Source: Orbicella franksi (taxonomy: Eukaryota). Taken from it: a stretch of 64,000 bases of DNA. The notes below the pieces were generated by a model that had not been told where the DNA came from, made no database searches, and saw only the letters and a program-made list of their open reading frames with translations. Shown here piece after piece: positions 26,601-38,200 of this stretch (positions are counted from its first letter, which is position 1; every line of letters begins with the position of its first letter). The position numbers and the translations under genes are program-made. The stretch lies in assembly GCA_964199315.1 (NCBI GenBank), contig OZ116703.1:25420001-25484000 (forward strand). The letters run 5' to 3'.

Positions 26601-27610
26601 GCACAATGAAATTTGGTTCATGGACGTTTGAAGTTGTTGACCTTGACATTCATGCTGACGTGTCGCCTCTTCACTCAACCCAGTACGTAAAGAGTGCAGA
26701 ATGGGATTTACTGGCAGCTTCTAAGAAGCGCAACGTTCAGCGCTACGCATGTTGCGATTATCCATTCTCTGATGTTACTATCGAGTTCGTGTTCAAACGA
26801 AAGCCTTTGTTTTATATCTTCAACTTGATAGTACCGTGCATGATAATTATGTCCATGGTCTTGTTAGGCTTTTTTCTGCCTCCAGAGTCTGGTGAGCGCA
26901 TAACACTGAGCATAACTGTGCTGCTAGCTATGGCGGTGTTTCTACAACTAGCGGCAGAGAATTTGCCACGCAATTCTGAAAATGTTCCCGTAATGGGAAT
27001 ATTTTACATAACAGTCATGATAGAGGTCGCCAGCTCTCTCGTAGCCACTTGTTACATCTTGCATATTCATCATCGGAATTCTGGGACAGCCTTAGTGCCA
27101 GTTCCTGGATGGGTTAAGGTGTACATGCTCAACAAGCTGGGAAAATGCTTGGGAGTGAAGAAACCTGTTACAGAGGACAAGTACGACTTATCAGCGGAGA
27201 TGGATTTCAAAAAGATTTCTATGATGAAAAGAGAACTGAATAAATGTGACAATGGCAGTAACCACATTAGAACCAAGCTCCTACCCGATAAACTGCAAAT
27301 CGGAACAAGATCAACCTTAAGTTCTCCCGAAGAGTTCTGCATGAGCTCTTCCACTAACTCTGTTGTGAGCACGTTTCAAAAGATGGACACGCCCCAAGGC
27401 AGAAATGATCACAGGAACGGTGACAGCAACAGTGCTAAGACTGCGCAAGGAGTCATGGTAATGGTAGACAGTATAAAACGCCGTCGGCAAATAGAGAAGA
27501 ACCAAGAAGAATGGAGGCATCTTGCTATGGTCTTGGACAGACTATTTTTCTGGATTTTTGTCGTGATTATATTGCTTTCTACCATTATTGTGCTAAGAAG
27601 GGGCGTCTAA
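20646..27610 (+). CDS. Nicotinic acetylcholine receptor-like subunit, alpha type, paralog 2; 5 coding exons, 505 aa
   Basis: Exons 20646-20709 (MALLISSIVFIWITLSGYGTE, signal-peptide-like, phase-1 donor GTTGGT), 22749-22888, 23595-23639, 24023-24132, 26452-27610; 1518 nt, frame intact. Cys-loop CPIDVTHFPFDKQTC, GSWTF, YACC, M2 identical to paralog 1 over 30 aa, M4 LDRLFFWIFVVIILLSTIIVL. Confidence 0.92.
23728..23996. mobile_element. Non-autonomous DNA-transposon fragment ending 27 bp before nAChR-2 exon 4
   Basis: Internal repeats ggacggaaaacatt x2 and tttgaaaacg x2, plus inverted ccgttttcaaatt. Confidence 0.5.
24415..24689. mobile_element. Two stacked MITE ends (Tc1/pogo-like)
   Basis: The terminus gaggatttacggta occurs twice (near 24500 and 24676), with repeated ggcgcttatt / aataagcgcc motifs. 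Confidence 0.55.
24811..24902. mobile_element. Short MITE, TAGCCTGC...GCAG.CTA termini
   Basis: Inverted termini tagcctgc / gcagtcta; same termini as 57015-57144 and 61722-61854. Confidence 0.55.
26151..26329. mobile_element. Eroded MITE
   Basis: Imperfect TIR (aacgttttcact / gtgagtccaaacgctct) and an internal repeat cca(t/g)(a/g)ttggt. Confidence 0.4.
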
Positions 27611-30600
27611 AATGCTACTATCCATTCACTTTGTAAAGAGAGATCTGCTACGACTTACGTTTCTATGCACATAAGTATCTTCATATTGAAGAAAACCGAA
27701 GACGGATTGGCGGACCAAATAAAGACTTTTCAATATGTAGTTAATTTCACCATCCATGACGCACATAGTACCTTTTGACAAGATGTAACAAAATGCGTGA
27801 ATGCTGTATGCTCGATGTATCCCATAATTATGATCTGCACAAGTAAAACAATTTTTGATGAAATGTAAATACATGGTACAACTTTAAGTCCAACTACACA
27901 ATTAGCATACCAAATAAAACATATGTATATTAGAGTTGTACCACTGAAGTTAGTGAAGTGTACAGTGGTGATAATGTGAAAAAGCATAGACGTGACTGAA
28001 AATTGACAGGTATCCTAGTCATGGAGACATTTTTGTCTTTTTTTTCTTGTTTAATCCCAGCGCAATTCAACCATTAAGCAAGACCTGGAGTACTGGAAAT
28101 TGTGCTCGCTCTTTTCCGTTCGAAATCAATTTTTCTTGAGTCAAGAAAAATAACTAAACCTCTTGAAAAGCGTACTTGGATTGAAAGGATGAAAACAAAT
28201 GGGCTTTTCAAACCTTCACAGAAAGTCAGAATTGACTTACCATTACTAATTTCCTGCAGGCAACCTGGGAAAACCTTTTTGACTATAACAACCTTTACAA
28301 CTTACTTTCACAAACAATACGTGTCCACAGCTGCAAAGTCGCAAACTCCAGCGGTTGCTCGGCCTTTCCCGCCTTTTCGATTGGCGAATGCCCGGCGAAC
28401 ATTGGCCAGCCTCGAAATGAGGCTCTCTTTATGCCGTTCTACAGTCAGTTACCGAACATATTTAAACTGTTTGTTTCCAGTAAACATTGGTTTCAATTGT
28501 ATCTCTCTCAGCAATTTAAAAATGATGATGTCCTCATGAAAATATCAGTTAATTTGGCTTTAGTTCTTTGGAAGTGAATCAGCATGAGACGATTATAAAC
28601 CGTGTGCACTCTAAGAGATCCGTCGCAGTCATGAGACAAACACACTTCGATGTCCGATGATCAGCCCTGTTAGTAATGCAGGCTACATGGATAGTGCGAC
28701 TATTCGGAGTTTGGGAAGGTACGTATTCCATTTTAAAAAATCTGCAAGACCTCTCTTTTGCCGTTTCGTGAGGTAAGCTGTTCACAATTTCGGCCGGCTC
28801 TATGCGTGATCTGTACAGGCAGGTTCAGCTAAGAATATTGTTTTTGAAATGCCCACTGGTTACTGATACTAGAAAAACATCCATTTTTCAGTGGCAAAAA
28901 AAGCTCAAAAAGCTGACAAATGTGTCTGGCCCACGATTCAACCTGATTATTCAACTTAAAAACAGAAAAAGAAAAATCCAAACCCTCCTGGCTTGTCCGA
29001 ATTTAAGTTGACATTTTATTGACAATTAAAGAAAAAGCTTGACCTTGTGAGAGAATTAGGTCTTTTAGGTAACGCCACGGACTAAGGGGCAACGAGTTTG
29101 CATGTTCAAGTAAAGCGACTTGGAAATTTTGTTCTGCTAAACTGTACACATGGTAAGTGTCCAGTCTATTCGATTTTCGACAAACTATTCTATTGACTGT
29201 CAGTTCAACAGGACAAGTGTCAAAGACAATGATTTCAACGAACTTGAGAGAAAATTTTTGTCTGACTCCCTCGCGTATTACCGGAACTGAAAAACATGTA
29301 ATGTCCACCGACATCTGATGCTGATATGAGACTGCCCGTAACTTCCTTAGAACATTCCAATGGCACATTTTGTCTTGCCTGAGCTATCCTGCTAGTTTAA
29401 TTACTCGATCACCCACCACTGACTTACTAGGAAACAAACTGTTTAAATTGTTATACCACAATTTTTTTAGGTCTTACGATCAATTTTGTTTGACATTTCT
29501 GCGTTCCGTAAAATGAAGTGATTTCCCGCAAAAATGTTTTCCGTAAAGTTTACCCCACCTTAAAATAAATATATCATCTCCTTCCGTTCGTTGAAACAAA
29601 ACCTAAAAATACACAATAAACGAGCTACAAAAGGAAAATAATCTTAAGTGCCTTTTCTGAAGAAATGTGCAAACCGCAAAACCTCAAACAGACATTTAAC
29701 AAGACCCGCTTTCGCGCCATGTGGGAGGAAAGTGCACCGAAGAGGAAGGAATACTTCGTTGCCAATGTTCTGCTTTTATGCAAGGGCTATGACTTTGTCA
29801 ACTGTACACAGCCCTCTCGAATTCTTTGCTTTTTTCTTTGGTCGTGGAACGTTCGGAAAGAATCGAGTTTTTTCTTTCTCGTTCTCCAAGTTCTTGGTCA
29901 GTTCACACACACAAAAAAAAACATAGAGACTTTCTCTCTCCACCCAGGAATTGAAATTTTAATTTTAATGCAGAGAACCGCATGACGCCGAATTATGGGC
30001 TGCTTGATTTGATTGTTGCTGAATCCCCTGTTTTAGAAACGCACGTGCCCCCTATACCAGCTGCACAGAATCATGTGGTTTTCAATAGTATTCTGGATAT
30101 CTTACCGACTGGCTGCGGTAGCTTACGATGAATTAAAGTTAACTCTAGCAATATCTCTAGTCGCTATGTGAGTCTTCTGGATATAACTTTAACATGATTA
30201 GCTGTAAATGATCACAGGTCCTCACAAGCTGTCCTTTTCAGACATTTTGTAACACTTACAGTTTCGTTTATATCTTGTTATCTTGACCGTGAAGGCTTTA
30301 ATACATTTTTAGATTCCGTTTTTGTATGAAATGAAAACAACAGAGAGAATCCTCTAACAAGGCCGGCCTGAATTGGTTTGGTTAATCAACTCTCTCTTCC
30401 ACAGCGAAAAGAAAATACGTGGGACTGTTTTATGGTACCACTTGTCTTTCATTCTTAGCACTGTTGTCGTCGTAAAAAGGTCATTTATGTACCTGATCCA
30501 CGAGGTATTTTAATTTCCGTGATTAAAAAGGCTGTGGAACAGAAAATAACAGAAAAATGATATCGTTTTGATCCCGGCAAATTGCAGCCATTAAAGTCAT

Positions 30601-31769
30601 GAATCGGAGATATTATCAGTTAAATAATTCACTGTATTACGACTATTACGTTCAATCCTATCTGCATTGAAATTTATACGCTTTCAGGACCTGTTTGCTA
30701 TTTCTTAAGTCCTTAGCAGTGATATTGTTCCTTGGTTGTTGCGTTGTAAAATGTGGAATACCTTGTTTGAGTTTACAGCTCTTAAAGTGTAATAAACAGT
30801 TGTCATTACTTGCACGCTCGATCGACCAGCAACGAACCGGAAGAGGCACTTCAATGGCAAACTGTTTGCTACAGAGGCCTGAAATCGACGTACGGAATTT
30901 TTATTGCTACTTCATAAAACTCCGAAAAGAAAAACATTCAACAATTAGATGATCAACAACGTACAGGCCTTGTCTTTTCAGTTTTCACTCCGATATCAAT
31001 CTGGGTGATGAAATAATTAAACCAAAACAAGTTCACCGAGCCGCACACTGTGTTACTCCCTACCTACCCCTACACTGTAGACTTCTGTCTTACAAAGCTG
31101 TGCATGGTTTTTCAGACAGCAAACCCGCATTTCAACTTGTGTTAATTTTTGCTGAACTTCAGCAGTTAAAACAAAGACCCTGTGTTGCCAAATAGACGTA
31201 AACAAGAAAATAACGGCACAATTACCATTAACAGCTTTAAGCTTCTCTGTGTTTCTAAAGTAGAGAGGGCTCCCCAGGGAAATTTTAACATAACATACAT
31301 GAAATGTCTGACTACATTTGATGACTGAGTCCGTAAGATTGGATTGTACTTCTGTTCTGTGGCAGATTATTCAGGGGCCTGTGGATTGCATTCTTGAAGA
31401 AGGGATAGCATCTTGAAATCAACATCTATGTTAAACAATGGTCGAATTCACTATTTTTCACATAACTTTAGAGAACGGTAGAACACACGATCGCTAGCAG
31501 TAACGCGGCGGCAACCACTTGTAGCGTGTCTGTTCATTAATAAAAGACTCGACTGCGACGGTACAAATAGGTAAATGGCTGTATTTGATTTGTAGTGTGA
31601 TGCAAAGAAAATCAACTATCTCGTGGATGGAAGAATTTTACGGATATTTTAAGAAGGAAAGCTTAACAACGTGACAGGGTATGACGTGAACAACATACAT
31701 TCCGTACATAGAACAACTTCCTGAGCTGTCCAACAGTCTTCGAGGTCATGTAAAATGAAAATCACTAGA

Positions 31770-32000
31770 AGCCACTGGCTGATTGGTCGAGCGTGTAATT
31801 AGGTGTGGTATTTTTAAAAGGCCCACAATGATGTTTGGAATTCAACGCTAAAAGCGACAAGAAAGGTCATTAAACCGTGACAAAACAAAGCTATAAGGTT
31901 CATTATTCTTTTGAGAGACAATGCACTAAGTGAGCAACGCACCAATCACGGAGCGTTAAGGTCTTCAAATAGGATACCAGCGCGTCATTCAGTGTTGGGA
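31770..32000 (+). promoter_or_regulatory. Candidate MyHC core promoter region
   Basis: CpG-rich stretch with CCAAT boxes (ctgattgg near 31780, ccaatc near 31941) and an initiator-like TCATTCAGT near 31986, about 220 nt before the ATG. An acceptor-like CAG at 32193 means an upstream UTR exon is also possible. Confidence 0.3.
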
Positions 32001-32206
32001 GTTGGCCCACCGGTTAACAATTTATAATTCGGTGACTCCGTGATTAGTCCGGCTTTGAGTAAGCGGCTCCTGATTGTTGCGGGCGCACTCTGGCTGAGCT
32101 ACTAGCGTGAGCGGGCTACTGGGCAGTTTGATAGTGCATCTGTGGAGTGCCTCTAGTAGTATTGTCTGGCTGTGTTCTTTACGGACTGAACAGCCACACG
32201 AGCAAC

Positions 32207-35200
32207 ATGGAAGTTGAAGATCCTGTGGCATTTTTGCGAGTTTCCGACAAACTCGCCAGGTTGGAAGAGAGTAAATCGTTCGAGAGCAAGAAATGGATCT
32301 GGATTCAAGACAAGAAAGAATGCTTCAAGGCCGCAGAAGTGAAAAGCTCTAAAGGAGACATTTACGTTGTGGAAACGAACGACGGCCAGGTATAGTTGTA
32401 CCGTCATATCTTTTATTCCGCATTGAAGTTTCCGTTGTATGTGTTTTATCATTATGCAGATCAAACGAACAGAAATGTCGCTAGTTTGTGACGTTACTGA
32501 ATGTTATTACACTGTGCACTTTAATACTGTAATGGACGTCGTCTGCTCTGTTTCTCTCTCCGAAGCTTACGAATGCTCTTTTCCTCTAGGAACTGGAAGT
32601 CAACAAGAATGACACCGAGCAAATGAACCCGCCGAAATTCGAAAAGGCAGAGGATATGGCCAACTTGACATACTTGAATGAAGCAAGCGTTTTGCACAAT
32701 CTCAAACAGCGCTACTTTGCAGGGCTCATATACGTAAGTGCTTACTGCTACTTGAATTCAAAACATTGAAATTAGTTTTTTAACCTGGGTTGAGAAGATT
32801 ACATTTGAAGCGAACACTTACGTTTGGATTATCTGCTCTGATTGTCACGTAGTTATGAACATCCGAGCACTGTTCATATGAAATCCCAGAATCATGAATA
32901 TTTATTTTCGTGCATTCCTTTGTCATCTGTGGAGGGGTTTTCTCTGGGATACCATTAGGACTTTTAACAGATTTGATTTCGCGTTTTCGTGTGCTACTCG
33001 TCCTCCCTGGCGTGAAAGATGGTTGTGTACAGTCGCTATGTCAACAGATGTTCAAATGGTGTGGAAATTATATCTTCAAGAATCCGGCTAACAATTTGCG
33101 CGAATATCTAGGGTCGAGCCAGTTGTTTATAACATGCAAACCAGCCAGCGTGAAACTGTTTGCAGTTTTCAAGCAATCAAAGAAATAGACATCGTTTCGA
33201 AACCGACAACAGTTGCAACTTACATGAAAATCAGCCCTTGTAATTGACGTATTTCTCCGCAGTTGATTTTTTGGCTTAATAACAAACGATTCGTGTTCTA
33301 AAGGGCTTTGTTTGGAACAATAAAAATGTCATATTGGGTTGGCAGCCGAGAGAGTTAAAACAAAAAAATATGTTTCTTGCCGGTGTTTTGTTCTCTCGCG
33401 AGTTAGGTGTGTTTATGTAACGTACCTCAGTTGCCATTTGTCTGTCGTGCAGTCTTCTCTACCACCAAACTTTTCAATCGTCAACTCGAGAAATAATTGA
33501 ACAGATTTGTAAATTATTCTGATTAGTTCATGAATTAAGTGCTCCTTGACTGATGCATCAAATTCATGTTTTAAGACAGCGGCGAGTGTTCGTGATCAAT
33601 GGAAGAAAGAGCTTTTAAATTGTTGTAAACAGTAAGGGGGTCGTGATCGTGTATTCAAATAATATGGATCAAGCACAGGGATTTGTGATTGTAAACGGAA
33701 GACGGCATGCTTACTGGTTCTCACTCAGTTCCCTGTGGTTAACCAGTTATTAACGCAGGGACGACCCTGTGAAAGAAAAGTACTTAAAATCCGTAATCTT
33801 CCTTGACTCTGCAGTAGCGGATATCATTTTACAAATGGGATATAAGTTCAGCTGTTTAGATTTTGCCGGTTTTTCTCGCATTCTTATTAGGGGAATCGAA
33901 AACATAAATTTCCTTCGATGAACAATGAAAAGTAAAGATCATGAAACTATTCCAACAGCTAATTAAGAAATTGACCTGTTCACCCAAGGCTTTCTTCGTT
34001 GAAGCTGGGGTGTGAATATTTTTACCATATATGGTAACCCATGGTATGTGACTTCAAAGGCGTAGGCCCTAAACACAAACCTCAAAGGTTTGAGTGGTGA
34101 AAATTTTAGTAGCTGTTGAAACTATCAGCTAAATAACTCTCTTTGGCAACTTCATTTTAATACCTTTGTGGATATCATTAGATACAAATATTCTTGAGAA
34201 TGTCTTGTTCTTTAATTTCTCCAAGCTCTTTGGTAAACTTTCAGCAGATATCTTGCTGTCTTGAAAGATGTCTAAAGAGTGTCAACGAAGTCATGTCAGC
34301 CATTTGATTAGATAGGAAATGCAAAACACAATGAAATCAATATCAAAAGAATAGTTGTTAACAATTTCTTCAAAGCTGAGGGAAATTGAAGGTTAAAATT
34401 TGATGGGTGACCTTGTACATTGTAAGCTGAACATGTCCTCTATTGCTGATTGTTGCCAAAATTGGAACACACCTCTTTAAGTAAGTACCTCTTAAGTTTG
34501 AGAATAAAACCCCTTATCAGTGTAACTCCAGACTTCCTTTAAAGTCAATTATTATAATATATCATATTTTAATCCAGTATAGTAATAATTTCCTTTCTTT
34601 TGTTATTGCTGTTGTTGACCATTTAATTGATTTACTAAGGATAGGATCATTTTTCTTAACAATGAACTTGCAATTGTTAACACACATATATACAGTAGTT
34701 CAGTGGGCATATGAATATTTATGAAGCCTGGGATAATAAAATTAAAAATTATTGAAATAGTATACCTAACATTCCAATCCTGTGAACACAAAGTTCTTTT
34801 GAAAAATCTCTAACTAATTAAAGATAAAGAATATAAGAAAATTTTTCAAACATCAAAAAATCTCCTAGTTTGTTTCCTGTTTGTTTTAATCCTGATTGAT
34901 TATTCTTTGCTGTAGTAAAGGATTATTTAAGACCAGCCAATCATTCTATCATAGGTTTGACTAATACTGTGAAAATTGTATCAATTGTTTGCAAAATATT
35001 TTTGTGTCATCCAGTTTTTATTTTCATGGAAACATTATTTATTATTTGTTTTGTAATTGCCAAATAATTATATTTACACAAAATTTCCAAACTTGTTGTG
35101 TAAGAAATGTGATGCTTCAAGAAAGGAGAATTTATACGTTGACCGATTTTTTTGTCATTCTATTGCAGACATACTCGGGTCTTTTCTGTGTAGCCATCAA

Positions 35201-38200
35201 TCCTTACCGAAGACTCCCCATTTACACAGAGAAGATTGTCTTTGCATATAGGGGGAAACGCCGTCCTGAGATGCCTCCTCACATCTTCTCTATTTGTGAT
35301 AATGCCTATCATGATATGTTACAAGATCGTGAAAATCAGTCTATGTTGATTACGTGAGTATAACACAAGATGATCATACATTTATTTAGTTAAATTAATA
35401 ATGGAATACTTGTTACTTAAACCTGTTACTGACAGAGGAAGCATACATGTAACAACTGTGATATATATTTGGATTAATAAGTTGTGATTGCAGTGGGGTT
35501 TTACAAGGACTTGTAGTTATAGTGACAATTAAAAAGATTATTTGCCCAAGATCTTTCAAGCTGTAATTTAATGGGGATTTACAAAGGAGATTTAGTGACA
35601 ACTTTTCCAGCAAAAGACATTCTGAGGGTGGAAATATTGAGATTAACACAGCTCAATGACACGCTACTTTGTCGTGAACAGTTTTAGAACATGGTTTGGA
35701 AGTTACAACTGTAGGAGTTAGTTGTACATGTAAGAGTGGAAATTTCTACCTATTCTTGTAAAAAAGACACTTCTTCAGAAAAGCTTCTATTTCATAAATA
35801 ATTTATCCAGTGGCAGATTTAGGGGAGGGACCCTGGGGGCCTGGGGCCCCCTATTTTGGATGAAAAAAGAAGAAATGACTGAAAGAAAAAAAGCTGGCAG
35901 GGCAAGTAAAACTCAACTGGGCCCTCCCCTTAGCTGAAAGTCTGGATATGCCACTGTTATCTTGATGTAAATGAGTATTTTTCTTCAATGTATATATTTT
36001 TTAAAGTTGTAAAAAATTTTAAGTGATGATTTTCAAGTTATAATTGACTATATGGAATTAGGGTTTTATAAATGCTGCCTATTATATGTGCATGTACTAT
36101 TATCATTATTATTTGGCAGAGAAAGATCAAATTGCAGGTAAATTATCTACCTTGAGGGGTAGAGTGAGTCGGTGAATCAAGCTTCATTCAATAATGGATC
36201 TGTTAATAATCTGGTGTGTTCAAATTGTCAGCGGTGAGTCTGGTGCTGGAAAGACTGAGAACACCAAGAAAGTTATCCAGTACCTGGCCCATGTGTCTGG
36301 ACAAACAAAACCTGGAGATCAAAAATCGGATGTAAGTTTCTAACATTTTATAATTCAGAAGTTACAAGATGTTATGCCTGCATGGACATTGATTAGTCAA
36401 GCTCTTAGTTCTAGTTTAATGTTTAACATTTTGTCCTTTTAAATTTTGTCCATTTAATTAACTGGTAATAAGCAAAAACAATAAGGGATTTTCATTAATG
36501 TGCTACCATGACACGCGAAACTGTTTCTCTGTTGGTGATATAAAGTACTAAATTATAAGACAGACATGAAAAAGTCATGTAATTGTGTTGCTACTGTGTG
36601 AAGTACATGTACCTACAGACAAGTGATTTTACATGATTTTTGGGATCATTATTCGGAGATGACATAGCATACTTTTTGTGTCTAACTTTAGAAAGGTACT
36701 CTTGAAGACCAGGTTGTTGAAGCAAATCCAATTCTTGAGGCTTATGGTAATGCCAAGACCATCAGAAACAACAACTCCTCTAGATTTGTGAGTGCTAAAT
36801 GCTTAATGTACTGTTGATACACATGTAACTACATGTCTGTGTCATTTGACAAATTATACGTGTAAAAATATTATAATTCCTCTTAAAAAAAGGAGGGTTG
36901 CCAGGTCTCTTTAGAGCTCTCAACTCTCACAAGAATGAGATTCGTGCTGATAAAATGTCACCAAGTCATAAATTTGAGGCACATGTTTGGTTATGGAATG
37001 TACTGCCAGGGCTAAACAAACCCACCAACCAGTGAGATCCACTGGATAGGAAAGCCCCGTGTTCAATACTAAGGGGTGTACCTCATGCTTATACTGAGTG
37101 GGCAAAGCTGCTGGTAAAATGTTTTGGAACAGGTGAACACAGTTCAGAGGGATAATATTTCCCCTTGATTTGTGAAAGTCTACGGTAGGTTGCAATCTTA
37201 ATCAAGAGAACAGTAACATTACTGTAACCGGTAAAAAACCTTAACTTAGGGGAGGGAGGGATTAGTGTCACTACAGGAAAGAGAACTTTTAGCTTTCTCA
37301 AATAGGCTTAAGTCAGTCATTGCTTTCCACTGCTCACTTCTATTTCATTGGAGGGGAGGAATTAATGTTACTACAGGAGGGGAGGGGGGATCAATGTTGC
37401 TTCAGGAGAGAAAACTTGCAGCTTTCTCAAATAGGCTCAAGTCTGTCATTGCTTTCGAATGTTCACTTCTACGTTAATCTTATTTTTCTGATATTAGTGA
37501 TAATTTCAACCTGAATTCCATGCATGATGCTCCCTCTAAATAGCATTCTGAAACTCATTAATTGTGTATACATGTACTTAAAAAACATGATTCCTTTCTC
37601 CACGTATAGGGAAAATTCATTCGTTGCCACTTTGGACCCCAAGGAAAACTTGCAGGAGCTGATATTGAGTCTTGTAAGATATTCTGTTCCTTTTGTGGCA
37701 TGGTTAACATATGGTTAACATCTCATTTTAATTGATTTAGCCTGATCATTAGTTGGAAGATTCACTGGCTATAATTATGCCAGATAGAAAAAAATGAATA
37801 AAGCAACTCTAAAAAGTGCCATTTATTACCTAGGGTCATTAGATCTTTGTTAATTTACATGTGATGGTCTAACAATCCACCTGGTAGGTGTAGCAATACT
37901 TACTGAGTATTGACCTTAAAGTCGGCCCATGCTACAGAAACAAAGTTAACAACAACACTCGTGAGCCAGATGGCTCTTTCAAACTTCAAATTTTACAATA
38001 ACCTGTAGGTCTACACCAGCTGGGGTGTCTCACATCCAACCAATGTAGCATGCTTGGATTAAACTTCAGATACCTGAAGCCCCAGTGATCAAATTTAATT
38101 TGATTAGAGCTTATAGAGCTGACTATCTAAATATATATTTGTACCAACCATTTTGAAATCAAATGATTTGTCAATTTTTTTTTACGGCAGCTTTATGTGG

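Noticed and set aside
30695-30952. Secreted Cys-rich peptide ORF
   Set aside because: It starts at TTG, has no ATG before the hydrophobic stretch and has no homology.
34025-34034. Perfect CArG box CCATATATGG in MyHC intron 2
   Set aside because: About five CArG matches are expected by chance in 64 kb of this composition, and others occur (10221, 58633); it needs conservation data.
33975-34271. Nested antisense kinase-like gene ([18 protein letters not shown]; 108-nt candidate exon 34164-34271)
   Set aside because: The candidate exons are out of phase, stops intervene, and I found no further exons; probably chance resemblance.
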